Shown one piece after another: positions 1 to 7,218 of a stretch of DNA of 10,317 nt. The position numbers and the translations under genes were made by a program. Origin of the DNA: a virus. Lineage: Duplodnaviria; Heunggongvirae; Uroviricota; Caudoviricetes. The notes under the pieces are model-generated. The model searched no databases. It was not told the DNA's origin and saw only the letters and a program-made list of their open reading frames with translations. Each line of letters starts with the position of its first letter. Position 1 is the stretch's first letter. Where the stretch lies: positions 1-10,317 of the IMG/VR virus record IMGVR_UViG_2693429523_000005; one strand, written 5' to 3'.

Positions 1-47
1 CATTACCGGTTTTAACCAACAGGATTATCGGTGGGCATGAAAGAAAA

Positions 48-80
48 CCCCGGTATCTGCTGATACCGGGGGTTCTCTTT
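48..80 (+). terminator. GC-rich hairpin followed by T-rich tract upstream of J; possible terminator or RNA-stability stem-loop of the upstream gene
   Basis: ccccggtatc (48-57) pairs perfectly with gataccgggg (62-71) around a 4-nt loop, followed by gttctcttt. The T tract is interrupted, so terminator function is uncertain. The upstream gene (probably a tail assembly gene) would end at the stop at 13-15 or 38-40; I cannot tell which. Confidence 0.3.
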
Positions 81-164
81 AGCATGGCAGAAATGTGTTT
101 CATGCTTTTCGGGCGAAGGATATCCGACTTCTGTACGGAATGGCAAGTGGCGGTTAATTTATTC

Positions 165-173
165 AGGGGAAGG
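165..173 (+). promoter_or_regulatory. Shine-Dalgarno sequence of J
   Basis: aggggaagg lies 4 nt upstream of ATG 178. Confidence 0.6.
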
Positions 174-177
174 CTGT

Positions 178-3100
178 ATGGGAAAAGGTGGCGGTAAGGC
201 ACACACGCCTCGTGAGGCGAAGGATAATCTCAAATCCACGCAGATGATGAGCGTGATTGATGCGATTGGTGAGGGACCGATAGAAGGCCCGGTGAAAGGC
301 CTGCAGAGTATTCTGGTGAACAAAACCCCGCTGACGGGCACGGACGGTAATCCCGTGATACACGGTATGACTGCGGTCTGGCGTGCCGGGGAGCAGGAGC
401 AGACACCACCGGAAGGCTTTGAGTCCTCCGGAGCTGAAACCGGACTGGGCGTGGAAGTGACGAAGGCAAAGCCGGTGACGCGCACCATTACGTCCGCGAA
501 CATTGACCGCCTGCGGGTTACCTTCGGGGTGCAGTCACTGGTGGAGACCACCTCAAAGGGTGACCGTAACCCGACGTCTGTCCGCCTGCTGATTCAGCTT
601 GAGCGTGGTGGTAAATGGATGACGGAAAAGGATGTCACCATTAACGGCAAGACCACCTCGCAGTTCCTGGCGTCGGTGATTCTGGAGAATCTGCCGCCCC
701 GGCCCTTTAACATCCGGATGGTCAGGGAGACGGCGGACAGCACCACAGACCAGCTGCAGAACAGAACGCTGTGGTCGTCATACACCGAAATCATCGATGT
801 GAAACAGTGCTACCCGAACACGGCGATTGTGGGGCTGCAGGTGGATGCGGAGCAGTTTGGCGGTCAGCAGATGACGGTGAACTACCATATCCGCGGTCGC
901 ATCATCCAGGTACCGTCAAACTATGACCCGGAAAAACGCACGTACAGCGGCATCTGGGACGGCAGCCTGAAACCGGCATACAGCAACAACCCGGCCTGGT
1001 GCCTGTGGGACATGCTGACTCACCCGCGCTACGGCATGGGAAAACGTCTGGGGGCGGCAGACGTGGACAAATGGGCGCTGTATGCCATCGGGCAGTACTG
1101 CGACCAGATGGTGCCGGATGGCTTCGGGGGCACCGAGCCGCGGATGACCTTCAATGCGTACCTGGCACAACAGCGTAAGGCGTGGGATGTTCTCAGTGAT
1201 TTCTGCTCGGCGATGCGCTGTATGCCGGTATGGAACGGCCAGATGCTGACGTTTGTTCAGGACCGCCTGTCGGATGTGGTGTGGCCGTACACCAACAGCG
1301 ATGTGGTGGTGGATGATAACGGCGTGGGGTTCCGCTACAGCTTCAGTGCCCTGAAGGACCGGCACACGGCGGTGGAGGTGAATTACACCGACCCGCAGAA
1401 CGGCTGGCAGACCTCCACGGAACTGGTGGAAGACCCGGAAGCCATACTGCGCTACGGGCGCAATCTGCTGAAGATGGACGCGTTCGGCTGTACCAGCCGC
1501 GGTCAGGCTCACCGTGCCGGACTGTGGGTGATAAAGACCGGACTGCTGGAAACGCAGACGGTGGACTTCACGCTCGGGTCACAGGGGCTGCGTCACACAC
1601 CCGGTGACATTATTGAAATCTGTGATAACGACTATGCCGGGACCATGACCGGCGGACGTGTCCTGTCCATTGATGCCGCCAGCCGCACCCTGACACTGGA
1701 CCGTGAGGTGACCCTGCCGGAGACAGGTGCCGCCACGGTGAACCTGATTAACGGCAGCGGTAAGCCGGTGAGTGTGGACATCACCGCACACCCCGCGCCG
1801 GACCGGATACAGGTCAGTACCCTGCCGGATGGCGTGGAGACATACGGTGTGTGGGGACTCTCCCTGCCGTCACTGCGCCGTCGCCTGTTCCGCTGTGTCT
1901 CCGTCCGGGAAAACACGGACGGCACCTTTGCCATCACGGCGGTGCAGCACGTACCGGAAAAAGAAGCCATTGTGGATAACGGTGCCCGCTTTGAGCCGCA
2001 GTCAGGCACCCTGAACAGCGTCACCCCTCCGGCAGTGCAGCACCTGACGGTGGAGGTGAGCGCGGCTGACGGTCAGTATCTGGCACAGGCGAAATGGGAC
2101 ACGCCGCGGGTGGTGAAGGGTGTGCGCTTCAGTCTGCGCCTGACCAGCGGAAGCGGAGAAGACAGCCGTCTGGTGACCACCGCCATCACTGCGGATACAG
2201 AGCATCGTTTCAGTGGTCTGCCGCTCGGGGAATACACCCTGACGGTGCGGGCGATAAACAGCTATGGCCAGCAGGGTGAACCTGCCACCACCACCTTCCG
2301 GATTGCCGCACCGGCAGCACCGTCGCGGATTGAGCTGACGCCGGGCTATTTTCAGATAACCGCAACGCCACATCTTGCCGTTTATGACCCGACGGTACAG
2401 TTTGAGTTCTGGTTCTCGGAAAAGCGGATTGCGGATATCAGGCAGGTTGAAACCGCAGCCCGCTATCTTGGCTCGGCGTTGTACTGGATAGCTGCCAGTA
2501 TCAATATCAAACCGGGCCATGATTATTATTTTTATATCCGCAGTGTGAATACTGTTGGCAAATCGGCATTCGTGGAGGCTGTCGGTCGGGCGAGCGATGA
2601 TGCGGAAGGTTACCTGGATTTTTTCAAAGGAGAAATCGGGAAAACACATCTGGCCCAGGAGCTGTGGACGCAGATTGATAACGGTCAGCTTGCGCCGGAC
2701 CTGGCTGAAATCAGGACGTCCATTACGAATGTCAGCAATGAAATCACGCAGACCGTCAATAAAAAACTGGAAAATCAGAGTGCGGCAATCCAGCAGATAC
2801 AGAAAGTTCAGGTTGATACAAATAATAACCTGAACAGCATGTGGGCCGTGAAACTGCAGCAGATGCAGGACGGACGCCTTTATATTGCGGGTATCGGTGC
2901 CGGTATTGAGAATACGCCAGCAGGAATGCAGAGTCAGGTGCTGCTGGCGGCAATTGAAATCTGTGATAACGACTATGCCGGGACCCTGACCGGCGGACGT
3001 GTCCTGTCCATTGATGCCGCCAGCCGCACCCTGACACTGGACCGTGAGGTGACCCTGCCGGAGACAGGTGCCGCCACGGTGAACCTGATTAACGGCAGCG

Positions 3101-6100
3101 GTAAGCCGGTGAGTGTGGACATCACCGCACACCCCGCGCCGGACCGGATACAGGTCAGCACCCTGCCTGATGGTGTGGAGACATACGGTGTGTGGGGACT
3201 CTCCCTGCCGTCACTGCGTCGTCGCCTGTTCCGCTGTGTCTCCATCCGGGAAAACACGGACGGCACCTTTGCCATCACGGCGGTGCAGCACGTACCGGAA
3301 AAAGAAGCCATCGTGGATAACGGGGCCAGCTTTGAGCCGCAGTCAGGCACCCTGAACAGCGTTATTCCACCGGCAGTGCAGCACCTGACGGTGGAGGTGA
3401 GCGCGGCTGACGGTCAGTATCTGGCACAGGCGAAATGGGACACGCCGCGGGTGGTGAAGGGTGTGCGCTTCAGTCTGCGCCTGACCAGTGGAAGCGGTGA
3501 AAACAGCCGCCTGGTGACCACCGCCATCACCGCAGACACGGCGCACCGTTTCAGTGGCCTGCCGCTCGGGGAATACACCCTGACAGTCAGGGCAATTAAC
3601 AGTTATGGCCAGCAGGGCGAACCGGCCACCACCACCTTCCGGATTAACGCGCCAGCAAAACCCGCCACCATTGAACTGACGCCGGGGTATTTTCAGATAA
3701 CGGCGGTCCCGCGTCTTGCGGTGTATGACCCGACGGTACAGTTTGAGTTCTGGTTTTCGGAGACAAAAATCGCAGACACATCTCAGGTGGAAACCTCTGC
3801 CCGTTATCTGGGGACCGGCAGTCAGTGGAGTGTATCCGGCCCGCACATTAAGCCCGGGAAGGATTTCTGGTTTTACGTGCGCAGCGTCAACCTGGTGGGG
3901 AAATCTGCGTTTGTGGAAGCCAGTGGCCGGGCCAGCAATGATGCAGAAGGGTATCTGGGGCTGTTTCGGGAAAAAATAGGAAAACTGCATCTGGCTCAGG
4001 GGCTGTGGGAGCTGATAGACAACAGCCAGCTTGCGGATGAGATGGCGGAGATGAAGACCACCATCACCGAAACCCGCAATGAAATCACACAGACGGTCAG
4101 TAAAACGCTGGAAGACCAGAGCGCCACCATACAGCAGATACAGCGCGTGCAGAAGGACACAAATGATGACCTTGCTGCACTTTACATGCTGAAGGTACAG
4201 AAAACAAAAAATGGCATACCCTATGTTGCCGGTATTGGAGCGGGGATTGAGGATACTGATGGCCAGCCCCTGAGCAACATACTGCTGCTGGCTGACCGTA
4301 TTGCGATGATTAACCCGGAGGACGGCAACACCACGCCGTTATTTGTGGCGCAGGGGAATCAGTTGTTCATGAACGATGTGTTCCTGAAGCGGCTGTTTGC
4401 GGTGAGTATCACCTCGTCCGGCAATCCCCCGACGTTTTCCCTGACGCCGGAAACAGTTCTCGTTAATGGTGACATTATTGAAATCTGTGATAACGACTAT
4501 GCCGGGACCATGACCGGCGGACGTGTCCTGTCCATTGATGCCGCCAGCCGCACCCTGACACTGGACCGTGAGGTGACCCTGCCGGAGACAGGTGCCGCCA
4601 CGGTGAACCTGATTAACGGCAGCGGTAAGCCGGTGAGTGTGGACATCACCGCACACCCCGCGCCGGACCGGATACAGGTCAGTACCCTGCCGGATGGCGT
4701 GGAGACATACGGTGTGTGGGGACTCTCCCTGCCGTCACTGCGCCGTCGCCTGTTCCGCTGTGTCTCCGTCCGGGAAAACACGGACGGCACCTTTGCCATC
4801 ACGGCGGTGCAGCACGTACCGGAAAAAGAAGCCATTGTGGATAACGGTGCCCGCTTTGAGCCGCAGTCAGGCACCCTGAACAGCGTCACCCCTCCGGCAG
4901 TGCAGCACCTGACGGTGGAGGTGAGCGCGGCTGACGGTCAGTATCTGGCACAGGCGAAATGGGACACGCCGCGGGTGGTGAAGGGTGTGCGCTTCAGTCT
5001 GCGCCTGACCAGCGGAAGCGGAGAAGACAGCCGTCTGGTGACCACCGCCATCACTGCGGATACAGAGCATCGTTTCAGTGGTCTGCCGCTCGGGGAATAC
5101 ACCCTGACAGTCAGGGCAATTAACAGTTATGGCCAGCAGGGCGAACCGGCCACCACCACGTTCAGGATTAATGCACCTGCGGTACCCGCCACGATTGAGC
5201 TGACACCGGGCTATTTTCAGATAACAGCGGTCCCGCGTCTTGCGGTGTATGACCCGACGGTACAGTTTGAGTTCTGGTTTTCGGAGACAAAAATCGCAGA
5301 CACATCTCAGGTGGAAACCTCTGCCCGTTATCTGGGGACCGGCAGTCAGTGGAGTGTATCCGGCCCGCACATTAAGCCTGGGAAGGATTTCTGGTTTTAC
5401 GTGCGCAGCGTCAACCTGGTGGGGAAATCTGCGTTTGTGGAAGTCAGCGGGCAGCCCAGCAATGATGGTGAAGGGTATCTGGAATTTTTCCGGGAAAAAA
5501 TAGGAAAACTGCATCTGGCTCAGGGGTTGTGGGAACTGATAGATAACAGCCAGCTTGCAGATGAGATGGCGGAGATGAAGACCACCATCACAGAAACCCG
5601 CAATGAAATCACACAGACGGTCAGTAAAACGCTGGAGGACCAGAGCGCCACCATACAGCAGATACAGCGCGTGCAGAAGGACACAAATGATGACCTGGCT
5701 GCACTTTACATGCTGAAGGTACAGAAAACAAAAAATGGCATACCCTATGTTGCCGGTATTGGAGCGGGGATTGAGGATACTGATGGCCAGCCCCTGAGCA
5801 ACATACTGCTGCTGGCTGACCGTATTGCGATGATTAACCCGGAGGACGGCAACACCACGCCGTTATTTGTGGCGCAGGGGAATCAGTTGTTCATGAACGA
5901 TGTGTTCCTGAAGCGGCTGTTTGCGGTGAGTATCACCTCGTCCGGCAATCCCCCGACGTTTTCCCTGACGCCGGAGGGCAGGCTGACCGCAAGAAATGCT
6001 GATATCAGCGGTAACGTGAATGCGAATTCCGGGACGCTCAACAACGTCACGATTAACGAGAACTGTCGGGTTCTGGGAAAACTGTCCGCGAACCAGATTG

Positions 6101-6516
6101 AAGGCGATCTCGTTAAAACAGTGGGCAAAGCTTTCCCCCGGGACTCCCGTGCACCGGAGCGGTGGCCATCAGGGAGCATTACCGTCAGGGTTTATGATGA
6201 TCAGCCGTTTGACCGGCAGATTGTTATTCCGGCGGTGGCATTCAGTGGCGCTAAGCATGAGAGAGAGCATACTGATATTTACTCCTCATGCCGTCTGATA
6301 GTGCGGAAAAACGGTGCTGAAATTTATAACCGTACCGCGCTGGATAATACGCTGATTTACAGTGGCGTTATTGATATGCCTGCCGGTCACGGTCACATGA
6401 CGCTGGAGTTTTCGGTGTCAGCATGGCTGGTAAATAACTGGTATCCCACAGCAAGTATCAGCGATCTGCTGGTTGTGGTGATGAAAAAATCCACAGCAGG
6501 TATCAGTATCAGCTGA
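178..6516 (+). CDS. J: Tail tip attachment / host specificity protein J (central tail fibre), lambda gpJ family; internally expanded by tandem module repeats (2112 aa)
   Basis: ATG 178 with SD; uninterrupted frame to TGA 6514-6516. N-terminus [39 protein letters not shown] and blocks such as [65 protein letters not shown] and the C-terminal MPAGHGH...[10 protein letters not shown] match my recollection of lambda gpJ. Sits immediately upstream of lom and stf as in lambda. Confidence 0.95.
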   Translation: MGKGGGKAHTPREAKDNLKSTQMMSVIDAIGEGPIEGPVKGLQSILVNKTPLTGTDGNPVIHGMTAVWRAGEQEQTPPEGFESSGAETGLGVEVTKAKPVTRTITSANIDRLRVTFGVQSLVETTSKGDRNPTSVRLLIQLERGGKWMTEKDVTINGKTTSQFLASVILENLPPRPFNIRMVRETADSTTDQLQNRTLWSSYTEIIDVKQCYPNTAIVGLQVDAEQFGGQQMTVNYHIRGRIIQVPSNYDPEKRTYSGIWDGSLKPAYSNNPAWCLWDMLTHPRYGMGKRLGAADVDKWALYAIGQYCDQMVPDGFGGTEPRMTFNAYLAQQRKAWDVLSDFCSAMRCMPVWNGQMLTFVQDRLSDVVWPYTNSDVVVDDNGVGFRYSFSALKDRHTAVEVNYTDPQNGWQTSTELVEDPEAILRYGRNLLKMDAFGCTSRGQAHRAGLWVIKTGLLETQTVDFTLGSQGLRHTPGDIIEICDNDYAGTMTGGRVLSIDAASRTLTLDREVTLPETGAATVNLINGSGKPVSVDITAHPAPDRIQVSTLPDGVETYGVWGLSLPSLRRRLFRCVSVRENTDGTFAITAVQHVPEKEAIVDNGARFEPQSGTLNSVTPPAVQHLTVEVSAADGQYLAQAKWDTPRVVKGVRFSLRLTSGSGEDSRLVTTAITADTEHRFSGLPLGEYTLTVRAINSYGQQGEPATTTFRIAAPAAPSRIELTPGYFQITATPHLAVYDPTVQFEFWFSEKRIADIRQVETAARYLGSALYWIAASINIKPGHDYYFYIRSVNTVGKSAFVEAVGRASDDAEGYLDFFKGEIGKTHLAQELWTQIDNGQLAPDLAEIRTSITNVSNEITQTVNKKLENQSAAIQQIQKVQVDTNNNLNSMWAVKLQQMQDGRLYIAGIGAGIENTPAGMQSQVLLAAIEICDNDYAGTLTGGRVLSIDAASRTLTLDREVTLPETGAATVNLINGSGKPVSVDITAHPAPDRIQVSTLPDGVETYGVWGLSLPSLRRRLFRCVSIRENTDGTFAITAVQHVPEKEAIVDNGASFEPQSGTLNSVIPPAVQHLTVEVSAADGQYLAQAKWDTPRVVKGVRFSLRLTSGSGENSRLVTTAITADTAHRFSGLPLGEYTLTVRAINSYGQQGEPATTTFRINAPAKPATIELTPGYFQITAVPRLAVYDPTVQFEFWFSETKIADTSQVETSARYLGTGSQWSVSGPHIKPGKDFWFYVRSVNLVGKSAFVEASGRASNDAEGYLGLFREKIGKLHLAQGLWELIDNSQLADEMAEMKTTITETRNEITQTVSKTLEDQSATIQQIQRVQKDTNDDLAALYMLKVQKTKNGIPYVAGIGAGIEDTDGQPLSNILLLADRIAMINPEDGNTTPLFVAQGNQLFMNDVFLKRLFAVSITSSGNPPTFSLTPETVLVNGDIIEICDNDYAGTMTGGRVLSIDAASRTLTLDREVTLPETGAATVNLINGSGKPVSVDITAHPAPDRIQVSTLPDGVETYGVWGLSLPSLRRRLFRCVSVRENTDGTFAITAVQHVPEKEAIVDNGARFEPQSGTLNSVTPPAVQHLTVEVSAADGQYLAQAKWDTPRVVKGVRFSLRLTSGSGEDSRLVTTAITADTEHRFSGLPLGEYTLTVRAINSYGQQGEPATTTFRINAPAVPATIELTPGYFQITAVPRLAVYDPTVQFEFWFSETKIADTSQVETSARYLGTGSQWSVSGPHIKPGKDFWFYVRSVNLVGKSAFVEVSGQPSNDGEGYLEFFREKIGKLHLAQGLWELIDNSQLADEMAEMKTTITETRNEITQTVSKTLEDQSATIQQIQRVQKDTNDDLAALYMLKVQKTKNGIPYVAGIGAGIEDTDGQPLSNILLLADRIAMINPEDGNTTPLFVAQGNQLFMNDVFLKRLFAVSITSSGNPPTFSLTPEGRLTARNADISGNVNANSGTLNNVTINENCRVLGKLSANQIEGDLVKTVGKAFPRDSRAPERWPSGSITVRVYDDQPFDRQIVIPAVAFSGAKHEREHTDIYSSCRLIVRKNGAEIYNRTALDNTLIYSGVIDMPAGHGHMTLEFSVSAWLVNNWYPTASISDLLVVVMKKSTAGISIS
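1603..2243 (+). repeat. Direct repeat copy, alpha type (matches 4468-5108 with no mismatch seen)
   Basis: Hand comparison of the two stretches at offset 2865 found no mismatch. The identical antisense ORFs at 1632..2024 and 4497..4889 corroborate this. Confidence 0.85.
3198..4450 (+). repeat. Direct repeat copy, beta type (matches 7096-8348 with no mismatch seen, offset 3898)
   Basis: Hand comparison at multiple points (3241/7139, 3301/7199, 3481/7379, 3841/7739, 4141/8039, 4381/8279) shows identity. Identical antisense ORFs 3343..3990 and 7241..7888 and identical plus-strand ORFs 3716..3979 and 7614..7877 agree. Confidence 0.85.
4468..5108 (+). repeat. Direct repeat copy, alpha type (partner of 1603-2243)
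   Basis: Same 641-bp sequence as 1603-2243. Identity ends at 2244/5109, where copy 1 continues into a lambda-like B segment and copy 3 into a B2-like segment. Confidence 0.85.
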
Positions 6517-6534
6517 ATTTTATAACCCAGAACG

Positions 6535-6561
6535 GGCGTCAGAAATGACGCCTTTTTTATT
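6535..6561 (+). terminator. Intrinsic (rho-independent) terminator after J
   Basis: Stem ggcgtca (6535-6541) / tgacgcc (6546-6552), loop gaaa, then tttttt (6553-6558) att. Begins 19 nt after the J stop. Confidence 0.7.
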
Positions 6562-6582
6562 GCAGAAAAGCGAGAGGTAATT

Positions 6583-7218
6583 ATGCGTAAACTTTATGCC
6601 GCCATTTTGTCCGCAGCCATTTGTCTGACCGTATCCGGTGCGCCTGCATGGGCGTCTGAGCAGCAGGCCACGCTGAGCGCGGGGTATCTTCATGCCCGGA
6701 CGAACGCTCCCGGTAGCGATAATCTTAACGGGATTAACGTGAAATACCGTTATGAATTCACGGACACGCTGGGGCTGGTGACGTCATTCAGCTATGCAGG
6801 AGACAGGAATCGCCAGATTACCCGTTACAGCGATACCCGCTGGCATGAAGATTCCGTGCGTAACCGCTGGTTCAGCGTAATGGCGGGGCCGTCTGTGCGC
6901 GTGAATGAATGGTTCAGCGCGTATGCGATGGCGGGTGTGGCTTACAGCCGTGTGTCGACTTTCTCCGGGGATTATCTTCGCGTAACTGACAACAAGGGGA
7001 AAACGCACGACGTGCTGACCGGAAGTGATGACGCTCGCCACAGTAACACCTCTCTGGCGTGGGGAGCTGGCGTGCAGTTTAACCCGACCGAATCAACTCT
7101 CCCTGCCGTCACTGCGTCGTCGCCTGTTCCGCTGTGTCTCCATCCGGGAAAACACGGACGGCACCTTTGCCATCACGGCGGTGCAGCACGTACCGGAAAA
7201 AGAAGCCATCGTGGATAA
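6583..7218 (+). CDS. lom: Lom/Ail-family outer membrane beta-barrel protein, lambda-Lom-like; 3'-truncated and fused to J-derived DNA (likely disrupted)
   Basis: SD gagagg (6572-6577) and ATG 6583. Signal peptide [24 protein letters not shown], then near-identity to recalled lambda Lom through ...[11 protein letters not shown] (codon 171, nt 7095). The last 40 codons (7096-7215) are J-homologous DNA read in a non-J frame. The conserved Lom C-terminus (AYEGSGSGDWRTDGFIVGVGYKF, present in lom2) is missing. Confidence 0.8.
   Translation: MRKLYAAILSAAICLTVSGAPAWASEQQATLSAGYLHARTNAPGSDNLNGINVKYRYEFTDTLGLVTSFSYAGDRNRQITRYSDTRWHEDSVRNRWFSVMAGPSVRVNEWFSAYAMAGVAYSRVSTFSGDYLRVTDNKGKTHDVLTGSDDARHSNTSLAWGAGVQFNPTESTLPAVTASSPVPLCLHPGKHGRHLCHHGGAARTGKRSHRG

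Larger units (their letters stand above)
1612..5976 (+). repeat. Tandem array of three in-frame J-internal modules: U1 1612-2952 (1341 bp), U2 2953-4476 (1524 bp), U3 4477-5976
   Basis: The motif attgaaatctgtgataacgactatgccggg ([11 protein letters not shown]) recurs at 1612, 2953 and 4477. Each unit encodes the same about 450-500 aa protein block, from [10 protein letters not shown]... through ...GIGAGIE.T. Both periods are multiples of 3. Confidence 0.9.

Noticed and set aside
1-40. 3' end of an upstream gene (stops at 13-15 and 38-40)
   Set aside because: Only a few codons are in the window, and I cannot determine the frame or identity without upstream sequence.
6495-6530. Promoter for lom1 (tataac at 6521-6526 as a -10 element)
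   Set aside because: No convincing -35 at appropriate spacing, and a transcript from here would begin inside the terminator hairpin. Too weak to call from sequence alone.
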